Assembly (NCBI GenBank): GCA_964016885.1
Contig: OZ024742.1
Location: forward strand, 286,998,001 to 287,062,000
Direction of reading: 5' to 3'
DNA length: 64,000 bases
Source of the DNA: Eledone cirrhosa
Taxonomy: Eukaryota
Shown: one piece after another, positions 39,001 through 50,036 of the stretch
Layout of the letters: the number at the start of each line of letters is the position of its first letter
Numbering within the stretch: position 1 is the first letter of the stretch
Notes under the pieces: model-generated
What the model was told of the DNA's origin: nothing
Database searches by the model: none
What the model saw: the letters and a program-made list of their open reading frames with translations, nothing else
Made by a program: the position numbers and the translations under genes

Positions 39001-39093
39001 TCCAGGATTCTGGAGCCTTCCTCATTTCTAGTACCAAACCCATAGCCTCCATGGATTTCGTCGTAGCCGTCACAATGTTGTCCAACGTGACCA
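36088..39093 (-). mobile_element. RTE family B, 5'-truncated young copy with an uninterrupted ORF
   Basis: 793-aa ORF at 36489-38870 (end of APE, RT, PHD-like finger, C-terminus) without stops; (GAT)n tail. Confidence 0.96.
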
Positions 39094-39094
39094 T

Positions 39095-39370
39095 ATCATC
39101 ATCTAATATCTATTTTCCATGCTTGCATTGGTTAAATGGTTTGTCACATTATGAGAGAAGCCAGGTCATATAGCCATGTCTTGCTCATACAGATCTGTAC
39201 TTTGGTTTGGTTTCTATGGCTGGATGCCTTTATCCAATGTCAACCATGGTAGTGCGGACTGGGAAATTTTTATCATGACACCGAAATGACCACTTAACAT
39301 GGTGAACTGGGTGCTTTTTGTCATGTCACCAACACAACCACCTTACAGGATGAACAGGATGCTTTTGTTG
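39095..39370 (-). mobile_element. Old RTE 3' UTR-derived element
   Basis: catcatc tail, ttttccatgc..., ggctggatgcc and degenerate 48-bp units. Confidence 0.65.
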
Positions 39371-39414
<44 letters not shown>

Positions 39415-40342
39415 TCACACACACATGCACATATATATACAGGCATATGAATACATGTATATATATCATCACATACCTATATATCAATTTGATGAATATA
39501 TATATATACAGGAGAATATACAAAACATAAGCATATATACATATTCATAACAATATATAATTAGAGATAAGCCACATGTCTTTCAATAAAATAGATATTC
39601 TTTCTTTTACTGGTTAATCCTTTCATAGCAGTTGTATGCCTAATGAAATACACTCTATTTTAACTATTTAATGAAGAATTTTGAGGGATTTACTAAAATT
39701 ATTAATTATTTCATTACAAAGGTAATAACTTAATGCAAGGTTCTTATACAAAATCATGTAAATAAAAATACTTTAAATCTTTCGTAACTGAATTTCTAAT
39801 GAAGCATTCTCTATTTCAATCAATTAATGAAGAATATTGAAGGATTTACTAAAATTATTATTTCATTACTATCATAGTAACTTAACATATAGTTCTTATA
39901 TAAAATTATGTTGGAAGATACTAATATAAATAGGAATCCTTAAAAATGGGTAGTTTTGTTTCAAAGAACCAGAGCTTGTTTTAACTGTATTGGTATCTAT
40001 GGGGTTAAATGGGAACCCTTTACAAAGCAGGTTTTCGCTAGGTTGATGTCAAAAGGGTTAAGAAATTCTCTCAAAATTCTAATTTCCTCCTTATTCATAT
40101 AATAGATGAGAAAATATCAAGGTCAACAATTTGGAGGAGAAAGTTGATTAAATTGACCCCAATGTGTAACTGGTATTTTATGTTATCAACCCGGTAAGGA
40201 TGAAAGGCAAAGCTAACCTCAGCTGGATTTGAACTCAGAACATAAAGGGATGTAACTATATATGCTACAAAGCATGTTATCTAACACTCTACCAAAAATT
40301 TCAAATAATAAAATATATATATAGTTTGATTTCAATACTTAC

Positions 40343-40519
40343 TTGACTGCTCATATATCCAACAGCAAACGAACTGAGCACCCATCCCTGATTGTGGAGA
40401 TCCAGTTTGTACTGGTCGGCAATAGAGATGATAGCTATTGGCATGATCACACGGTCGGCAGAGTTGACAAAGTTCGCGATCGAACATAGTACAATAGTTT
40501 TAGATGCTTTAGTGACCAT
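40343..40519 (-). CDS. SLC17/ACS-family MFS anion transporter, first coding exon (whole exon 40343-40679 including 5' UTR)
   Basis: ATG at 40519 with an in-frame upstream TAG. Translates MVTKASKTIVLCSIANFVNSADRVIMPIAIISIADQYKLDLHNQGWVLSSFAVGYMSSQ (TM1 'DR' motif; 'QGxVLSSFxxGY' typical of SLC17). Donor GTAAGT follows 40343; polypyrimidine tract plus CAG acceptor precedes 40679. Confidence 0.9.
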
Positions 40520-41255
40520 AATCCACAGCAGCTAATGCCTCTTACACAGCTGGCACCAATGGAAGATGGCCAAAAAAAATGAGACTCAAAAGAAAGACTG
40601 TACAAACAGCAAAGTTCTGTAATGGCAGAATCTGCCACTAAAGGGTCACCGTTTTTCCATTTTTAATAATATCATTTCTCTGAAAAAAGAAAAAAAGAAA
40701 AAAATATCAATAAAATTTCTTATAAATATAGACACAAGAATTATAGGTTATAGAAAATAATCAATCATAATTTAATGTCTAGCTTCTATGGTATGGATTT
40801 GATGGATCATTACAGACCTTGTCAGTAGTTTACTCAGAGCTACTGATCTTTTATAAAATGTATGTACATCTCTTTAAAATCTAACTTTTAAAAACAGACT
40901 TTTACTACTGGAAATACATTTATTTTTCAAAAGTAAGACATGACAGTTGAGAAGTATCTAGTACTTCTTAGTTGAGAAACAAAATACAAGATATACAGAG
41001 ATGAATGAATATACATCATTTAAACGTGTGTATAGAGCTAGCAAGCCTCAACAGACTAGGGGAAGTATCTAGTACTTCTTACAGTTGAGAGACAAAACGC
41101 AACATATACAGAGATAATTGGGTGCAAAAATTAAAATTTTAATTTTTTTTAAATGTAAATAGTGAAGGGCAACAGGAGGCAAAATAAGCATTAAAAAGAA
41201 GATAAAGAAAAATGGGAAGCAAAGGAAGCTGTAAAATAGCTAAAAGGTTCTTTAA

Positions 41256-41461
41256 CCCTTTAACATTTAAACCGGCCTTATCTGACCAGAATTCTCTAAC
41301 TTCTTTCTGTTCAAACCAACCGTAATAGGCTGCTTATACTAATGTCATGGTATTGTTCTCAAAATAAATAACATCAAAATATCATAGCTTTGATATTATG
41401 TGAGAAAGCCTTTACCATGAAAATACAATAGTAAATATAGAGTAATGTAAATGTTAAAGGG
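41256..41461. mobile_element. piggyBac-type MITE
   Basis: TTAA flanks on both sides; TIR CCCTTTAACATT/AATGTTAAAGGG. Relatives at ~13770-13957, 57630-57850 and 61570-61780. Confidence 0.75.
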
Positions 41462-41739
41462 TTAAAACAAACAGTCATGTATTGTAGAAGCAGGCATGTT
41501 TTCAGGCCGTTTGATATCAAAAGGGTTTATGTAGTACAATGTTTCCCCTATTATAAAGCAGGTCTTTTATTAATTTTGCCTCAAAAAAAAAAAAAAAGGC
41601 ACTAGGACTTATTTTGGGGCTAGGTCTTATAATAGGAGCAAGACATGAAAAATGTGTGTAGTATAACTCTAGTAAATTAGCATTCTTCTTTCTTTGTCCT
41701 ATAAATCCTGAGGGGGTTGTAGAGGTACCATATTGACAT

Positions 41740-42890
41740 CAGTGCTGCCAAAAGTTTTTTTCAAAGCGTACAGAATCTGACCAAAACGTACAGAATTTTA
41801 CTAAATCCCCCAATTACAATTAAAAAAAAACTCTTTTTATACATATTTTTGAAGTTAACAACATTTATTGACAATTTAAACATAAGGGCATCAAAAAGAA
41901 CCGTCATCTTCCTCAGCAGATTCTCTGTTGTACCAATTTTTTTCAAATAATGCTTTGCAAAGATGTTCATTGGGCTCCCACGTCGCACAGTCGGTATGTC
42001 GTAACAAATATTTCGACCTAACAAGAGCATTAAGAGTGGAAGTTTTCAAACAATTTTGATTCTTTGTTTTAATAGAGTGGAGAACAGAGAAAATTCTTTC
42101 AGCCGCTGCAGAGGAGTAGGGTAAAGAAAGAAGACTAAGCATAAGAGATGACAGCAGAGGGTAATGGTTCTCATCACCACACTTCTCTTGTGAGACAGCA
42201 AACCAAAATTTTTCTGGATCGTTGTGCGGGATGAAGGAAGAACCTTGAATCATCAATTTGGACGGAAGCTTCCTTTCATAGGATGCCCATCTAGCCTTCT
42301 TCTTATCTGCTGCTTTACGTTCGTTATCTGAAGAATGTTCTCGTTTCACAGTTCTATCACTCATATCTGGTTCAAGTTAGTTCTATAAGATTTATTTGAA
42401 TTAATTAAACTATTAAAAACATCACATACCGTTTACACTGTAGGTTATAAGAATTCTGCTTTTGTGTTCAGACTGATACGGCGTGGTTGTATAAATTAGC
42501 TCTGTAAAATTAAATCTAATCTATCAAACTTTTGAAAAAAATTCACGCACCTTTTACACCAGTTTGTGAGAAAAATTCCTGCGTTATGACAGATATGGCG
42601 TGGTAAACTGGACATATACTTCCCCCAAATTTACAGATGCCCTTGACCTCATAAGTCAACGCGCGCTTGCATGCACAAGTCTAGTCTGCATTCTCACGTA
42701 CTTTTATTTTTGTGAAGCTCCGAAACGCGCGTATGTGAAAATGCACTCAATCAATGCGTCAAAACATGAATTTTATAAACCGATGGCAAGATCACTAAAA
42801 CGTACAACAAATTCGTCCGAACGTACAGCACATCAAAATTTTGAGCAAAACGTACAGTTTTGTACGAACGTACAGTCATCGGCAGCGCTG
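41740..42890 (-). mobile_element. Internally deleted hAT transposon with intact ends
   Basis: 8-bp TSD ATTGACAT (41732-41739, 42891-42898); TIR CAGTGCTGCC/GGCAGCGCTG; clustered CGTACA subterminal motifs at both ends; ORF 41891-42364 has hATC motif LSLPYSSAAAERIFS. Confidence 0.92.
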
Positions 42891-43019
42891 ATTGACATAC
42901 AGCATTTCAAGGGCATTTTTAAACCTAGCGAAACCCATCTTCCCTCTAGGTCTGAATATAGCAGGGTTTTTTCCAAAGAAGAACAGAGTGAGAGAATAGA
43001 AATGACGAAGTAACATAGA

Positions 43020-43185
43020 GGAAGAATCAACCCCAGTACTTGACTGGTACACTTTGACCTGAAATGGATGAAATGAAAGGCAAAGTTGACCTCGGCGAGA
43101 TTTGAACTCGGAGAACAGAGAGCCGAAACAAATACTTCAAATCATTCTATCCGACGTTCTAACAACTCTGCCAATTCGCTGCCTT
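43020..43185 (-). mobile_element. tRNA-derived SINE family 1, older copy
   Basis: gaaaggcaaagttgacctcggcgagatttgaactc...ctgccaattcgctgcc; similar copies at ~40140-40300 and 58790-58930. Confidence 0.75.
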
Positions 43186-43837
43186 AATTAACTCAGCATT
43201 ACAAACTAACTAAGTACTCAGTGTTCTTAGTTTTTTTTTACAGAAGAGCTATAGTATCTTAGGTTACCAATTTATAGTTAGGTTGATTGGAGCATTTACA
43301 ATGGACTGTGTTTGGTCAGATATAAATAGTACAGTACCACTAAGTCAGATACCAATAGTTCTACTATTACTACTGCTACTATTACTACTACTAACTCAGC
43401 TAACAATAATTCACACAAGTTTACTGTTACTTTAATTTCATTTGATTTTAACATTAAATTCAAAAAGTCAAATGGTTATCAAGAGAGAGGGGGAGGGAGA
43501 GAGGGAGAGAGAGAGAAGGGGAGGGAGAGAGGGAGAGAGAAAGAAAGAGAGAGATCCAGACATTATAGTAAATTTAAGTGAATATATGATTAAAACAGTT
43601 TACAGCAGTTGCTGGTCTAAATACAAACATATATATATAATATCACCATCATCATCGTCTTTTAACATCCATTTTCAACACTAGCATGAGTTAGATGGGT
43701 TGCCCCATTATAGGCAAGTCGAGTTAGGTGACAGTGTCCTGCTCATATAGAATTGTTTCTGGCTAAGTTTCTATGGCTGGATGTCCTTCTTCCTAACAGC
43801 AACAACATTTACAGTATGCACTGGGTGCTTTTTTGTC

Positions 43838-45373
43838 ATGACACCCACACAACCACTTTACAGTGATGGCTGGGTGCTTTTTGTCATGACACCCACACAA
43901 CCACTTTACAGTGACGGCTGGGTGCTTTTTGTCATGATACCCACACAACCAGTTTACAGTGTGAGCTGGGTGCTTTTTGTCATGACACCCACACAACCAC
44001 TTTACAGTGACGGCTGGGTGCTTTTTGTCATGATACCCACACAACCAGTTTACAGTGTGAGCTGGGTGCTTTTTGTCATGACACCCACACAACCACTTTA
44101 CAGTGACGGCTGGGTGCTTTTTGTCATGATACCCACACAACCACTTTACAGTGATGGCTTGGTGCTTTTTGTCATGACACCCACACAACCACTTTACAGT
44201 GACGACTGGGTGCTTTTTGTCATGACACCCACACAACCACTTTACAGTGATGGCTTGGTGCTTTTTGTCATGACACCCACACAACCACTTTACAGTGACG
44301 GCTGGGTGCTTTTTGTCATGACACCCACACAACCACTTTACAGTGACGGCTGGGTGCTTTTTGTCATGATACCCACACAACCAGTTTACAGTGTGAGCTG
44401 GGTGCTTTTTGTCATGACACCCACACAACCACTTTACAGTGACGGCTGGGTGCTTTTTGTCATGATACCCACACAACCACTTTACAGTGATGGCTTGGTG
44501 CTTTTTGTCATGACACCCACACAACCACTTTACAGTGACGGCTGGGTGCTTTTTGTCATGACACCCACACAACCACTTTACAGTGATGGCTTGGTGCTTT
44601 TTGTCATGACACCCACACAACCACTTTACAGTGACGGCTGGGTGCTTTTTGTCATGACACCCACACAACCACTTTACAGTGACGGCTGGGTGCTTTTTGT
44701 CATGATACCCACACAACCAGTTTACAGTGTGAGCTGGGTGCTTTTTGTCATGACACCCACACAACCACTTTACAGTGACGGCTGGGTGCTTTTTGTCATG
44801 ATACCCACACAACCACTTTACAGTGTGAGCTTGGTGCTTTTTGTCATGACACCCACACAACCACTTTACAGTGACGGCTGGGTGCTTTTTGTCATGACAC
44901 CCACACAACCACTTTACAGTGATGGCTTGGTGCTTTTTGTCATGACACCCACACAACCACTTTACAGTGACGGCTGGGTGCTTTTTGTCATGACACCCAC
45001 ACAACCACTTTACAGTGATGGCTGGGTGCTTTTTGTCTTGACACCCACACAACCAGTTTACAGTGTGAGCTGGGTGCTTTTTGTCATGACACCCACACAA
45101 CCATTTTACAGTGATGGCTTGGTGCTTTTTGTCATGACACCCACACAACCAGTTTACAGTGATGGCTGGGTGCTTTTTGTCTTGACACCCACACAACCAC
45201 TTTACAGTGATGGCTTGGTGCTTTTTGTCATGACACCCACACAACCAGTTTACAGTGATGGCTGGGTGCTTTTTGTCATGACACCCACACAACCACTTTA
45301 CAGTGATGGCTGGGTGCTTTTTGTCTTGACACCCACACAACCAGTTTACAGTGTGAGCTGGGTGCTTTTTTGT
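43838..45373. repeat. 48-bp tandem satellite, 32 units, inside an RTE 3' UTR-derived element starting ~43645
   Basis: Unit atgacacccacacaaccactttacagtgacggctgggtgctttttgtc; 16-aa periodicity in both ORF translations. Confidence 0.97.
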
Positions 45374-45532
45374 TGATATATATATATATATATATATAAA
45401 CCATTAAGTTATTTTGATCAGCTAATTGTAGAACCGGTTGTTCTGGTAGGCAAATCATGATGCAATGAATTTTCAAAGCACTCTACATTACAGACATCAA
45501 CCATCGTGTTTGGAAAAGGAAACGGAGTACAG

Positions 45533-45861
45533 TATTTAAAATGACAACAAGAGGCCATACTGGGAGATATGTTGTAAATTTAAATTCAGTGAAATCACTT
45601 TACATATTTCAAGGGCCCAGCTCCATCATCCAATTATGATGCAAAACAGGACAATCTCATCAGGTAACTTCCACTCTATGATAAGTATGGGTTCTATTTA
45701 ACTCTGTTTTTGTAATTCTGTGGAAGTTACCTGATGTGACCATCCTGTCTTGAATCATAATTGGATGATGGAGCTCGGCCATTAAAATATGTATAGTGAT
45801 ATCACTGAATTTAAATTTACGACATATCTCCCAGTACAGCCTTCTGTTGTCATTTTAAATA
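45533..45861. repeat. Imperfect fold-back with ~142-bp arms, probably a decayed Penelope pseudo-LTR pair
   Basis: 45533-45674 is the reverse complement of 45720-45861; the minus arm contains CTGATGA...GAAATATGTA. Confidence 0.8.
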
Positions 45862-46406
45862 TATATACATATTAGGTTAGATTTTCACTTGTTTAAACTT
45901 GACATATGAGAGGATAAACCAAGTAATCAATAATTCTAGACTCAAGTGTCCAACTTAAGATTAATTATTATTATTACATTGTGCATGTAACCCAGTATAA
46001 CCTGTTTCATGGTCAATGTCAGGATTCTGCCAGCTACTGATACCATGTAACCCAGTACAACCTGTTTCACAATCAATATCAGGTCGGGTTAGGCTTCTGC
46101 CTGCTACTGGTACCAATAACGCAGTACAACCTGTTGCATGGTTGAGTGGCCAGTGACTAAACCAGCTCCCCCACCAGACCCTGGTCTGGTAAGGAGGATC
46201 AAATGGAACTCCAGCAGCATAAAAAAGAAAAGCTGTTAAAAGGGCAGATTAACTCTTCGGAGTCACCGGCCATCCACCCCAACTGTGTGTTAAATAGCCT
46301 CACCCCTGAAGATATGACCAAAACCATACAGAAAACAGTGGAAGTCGACCAGAGAGAGGTTCTTCCAACAGCCCTGGATCGGATTGGATATATTATATAT
46401 ATATAT

Positions 46407-46523
46407 ATAGGAACGAGTAGGACCCCGACGGCTGAGCTCAAGCCGTTTCGACGGCTAATTCTGGTCCAGAATTAGCCGTCGAAACGGCTTGAGCTCAGCC
46501 GTCGGGGTCCTACTCGTTCCTAT
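46407..46523. repeat. Perfect palindrome with 58-bp arms and a 1-nt centre, in a TA-flanked insert (~46407-46592)
   Basis: Arms 46407-46464 and 46466-46523 are exact reverse complements around T46465. Confidence 0.95.
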
Positions 46524-46599
46524 TACCCACTCTACTACCCTAAGTATTGAGTACTTTGGTGCGTTATGGTCCATCTGGTTCCTTACCACATTTCCTTCG

Positions 46600-46646
<47 letters not shown>

Positions 46647-47462
46647 CACAACAGAACAGGATTTAACTGAAGCTCTGAGAAATGTGTACACACACATTTA
46701 TATATGTAAAAAAGAGTAAAGGCCTCCTTTGGTCATGAATGACCATAGGATTTGCACATAGAAAGTTTCCCTTCTGAGGCACAAGTCCAGGCAAGAGGTG
46801 TTTTTGGTGGAAAACCAGCAGTTACTTGTGCATACCAGTCCCCCTCTCCATGTCACCAATGTTCTCTAAGGGAAAGGTAAAGGCTGATACAGCTTGGCAC
46901 CAGTGACATAGCAACTCATTTCTACAACTGAGTGAACTGGAAGGAATGTGAAATAAAGTATCTTGCTCAACAACACAACGCATTTCCCAGTCCAGGAATC
47001 AAACTTACAGCCTCAAGATTGTGAATCCGACGAACTAACCACTAAGCTACAAGCTTTCACTTATCTATATATGTAAACATATCTTATTTACACGTTTCTC
47101 TGTAAATCAAAAAAGATGAACAGCAGGACCTAAGTTTCAGTTGTTATTGGAACCACCATCAGAAACTGTGTACATCTCCCTTAACCCACAGAGAAATATG
47201 TGTATGCTTCATTGCACAATTTAATATATAACTGATTAGCTACCAGCGTAAGCACTAATAACATGCAAATTAGCATCTAAAGTTTACTGTCTCTGCTACA
47301 TTTGATGGGTTTATAAAGCTATTAATTACATATTTCTGTGTGGATTGATTACAAATAGAAATGCACACTGCATAATTAATGACACTGAAAACAGAAACCA
47401 ACAAAGTGTTAACCAACTGTGTCAAGTACAGTACAGTATAAATTAACTACAACTGTGATATA

Positions 47463-48033
47463 ATCATCATCATCATCATCATTGTTTAACATCAATTTTT
47501 TCATGATACGAGAACTGTTTCTGGTTTGGTTTCTAGGGATGCCCTTCCTAACGCTAACCACATTTACATAGTGGACTGGGTTCTTTTTGTCGTGTCACAA
47601 AAACGACCAATGGACAGGTTGGACTGGGTGCTTTTTTGTTGTGTCGCCAACGCAACCTCTTTGTAGGTTGGTCTGGGTGTTTTTTGTCATGTCACCCACA
47701 CAACCATTTTACAGTATGGACTGGGTGCTTTTTTCGTGTCACCTACATGACCACTTCACATGTTGGACTGGGTGCTTTTTGTCGTGATGGTGACATGACA
47801 AAAAGCGCCCAGCCCACACTGTAAAGTGGTCACGTAGGTGTCACAACAAAAAGCACCCAGTACTCACTGTAAATGTGGTTGGCATTAGGAAGAGCATCCA
47901 GCCATAGAAACCAAGCCAAAAACAGTTTGGTGTGATCAAGACATGATCATCTGATCTCAACTTGCCTCAATAGGACAACCAGTCTAACCCATGCTAGCAT
48001 GGAAAATGTGTGTTAAACAATGATGATGATGAT
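47463..48033. mobile_element. Head-to-head pair of RTE 3' UTR-derived elements
   Basis: (CAT)n tail on the left, (GAT)n tail on the right; orientation of the 48-bp units flips at ~47790. Confidence 0.75.
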
Positions 48034-48525
48034 ACATACAGGAAGTAAAAACACCAGGGGTTGATGGTAGGGGAAAACCTTGAAGGGAAATAGGGAGAAC
48101 AGCCATTAAAGCATTAAAATTCTGAAATAAAAGGGACAGAGGATAAAACCCAGACCAGATTGGAAAGAAAATGGACATGATGACAATATTAAGGATGACA
48201 GCCAGAATAATTTACACACTAAACAAATGCATAAATTGTCAAAACATGTTTTACTACCACTACTACTACCTCAACTACTACTACTAAGTAAATAATAATA
48301 CAAAGTAGTAGTAGTAATAGTACTACTAATAGACAGTAAAAGGTGGAGTATTTGACAGAGATCAGTTTTATAGTTTAGTATGTAACAAAAGGTGCAGTAT
48401 GACATCGTCATCATCAACATTTTAAGGCCAATTTCAATACTGGGATGGGCTGAAATAGTTGCTATGGTCCTGATGATATAGGTCAGAGAACTGGGGGGAT
48501 GGTTACTAGGGTCCATTATTATATA

Positions 48526-48720
48526 GGGCAGTGAATTGGCAGTATCGGTAGAGGGTCAGACGCCATACCTTCCAGCATAGAGTTACGCCCCTTTATGGTC
48601 TGAGTTCAAATCCCGCCAAGGTTAACTTTGCCTTTCATCCTTACAGGGTCGATAAAATAAAGTACCAGTAATGCACTGGGATAATTGCTGGCCTTGTGCC
48701 AATAGTAGAAACAATTATTA
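48526..48720 (+). mobile_element. tRNA-derived SINE family 1, full copy
   Basis: Highly similar to 21951-22145. Confidence 0.85.
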
Positions 48721-48886
48721 TATAGGTCAGAAAGCTGAGTTGGGATGGTTGTTATTGGCCAACACTAGATAGGTCAGAGACCTTGGAACGGTTGCTATGG
48801 TCCAAGACTCATTAGATCAGAGGGACCTGGAATGGTTGCTATGGTCGAAGACACAACAGGTCAGAGAGACATCATGTTCTCAAGAC

Positions 48887-48965
48887 AAACCTATGACATG
48901 GCTTTCAAACCTATGAAATGGCTTTCAAACCAATGAAATGGCTTTCAAACCTATGAAATGGCTTT
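48887..48965. repeat. 20-bp tandem repeat x4
   Basis: aaacctatgaaatggctttc repeated. Confidence 0.9.
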
Positions 48966-49989
48966 GCCATGAGTTTTGTTATAAAATTATAAAACTAATA
49001 CATTTACAAGATAATAGTTACAAATTTAAACTGACAACATATGCAAAAGTTGAAATATTGCATCTACTATTGTTATCATACATTAACATTCCACAGTCCT
49101 CCTAGTTAAAAACACACAACACTCAATCCTTATAGTTGATTAATTGCTGATAATCATAAGATAAATGTTATACTACGCCAGTGTTTATATCTAGATTTGT
49201 AAAACTGCTGCACTTGTACTAACGTATGCATATATCTATATATCTATATATATATATAGTAATAATAAATACAAAGACCAGAGACTGGAACTAGCTGTTG
49301 AAACAGCAAGAGCACAGTCGTCGAGTCTCAACTCTTTATAATATAACAATACTCTACTACCCGAAGTGATGGTCTAACCAGTTTCAAACTGAATCCATCC
49401 TGATATATATATATATATCACTAAATTTGGTTAATGTAAGAGCTCACAGATAAAACCTCAGCTCTCAGCAATTATCAACTTTACTTCATAATAACAGATT
49501 GGTATAGGAGGAGACACCAAGTAATTATTCTAATGAGACAACAGACACACAGAGAGAGTCCTAATGTACTTCTTACATCGTGTTCCAAATAACATGTGTC
49601 AAAAGTATAAAATTGTTTTGTTTACAGAAATAATGTGACTAGATAAGCCATTTATGAACAGTAAACTATCATTAAAACAGGATTATTGTAATACACCCAA
49701 TCCAAAATATCTGTTTTACATGAACCAATAACAACAAATTAAACAACAGTTGCAAAGTTTTCACCACAGTAACATTTAACCCTTAGCATCCTGTAATGAT
49801 TTAGTAAAACATCTAAAAGCAGGTTTGAAACAATGAGGAGATTTGTGTGAGAGATATGAGGAGATTTGTGTGAGAGATAGGAGGGAGACAAAAAAAGATA
49901 AATTTCATGGTATCTAATATATATATATATATATATATATATTAGTGAAAAAGAACAAAGGAACCATTATGACATCACAACAAGTCCAT

Positions 49990-50036
49990 TGCCGACAGCC
50001 GTTTCGTCCGACCCCATGGTGGGACCCATCAAGGCA
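49990..50036 (-). ncRNA. Degenerate hammerhead motif in a TA-flanked Penelope-like tail (~49945-50530)
   Basis: TGCC-TTGATGG-GTCC...GGAC-GAAAC(GGCT)GTC-GGCA: all three stems and the GUC triplet are present, with two core substitutions. Confidence 0.65.

Noticed and set aside
43838-45373. CRISPR-like array or genuine 531/515-aa repeat proteins
   Set aside because: Units are head-to-tail with no unique spacers, there are no cas genes and the context is eukaryotic. The ORFs follow from a 48-bp stop-free unit derived from a LINE UTR.
49275-49405. Hammerhead-like hairpins between TA tracts
   Set aside because: Partial stems and GAAACTGGTT are present but the core is too degenerate to support a call.
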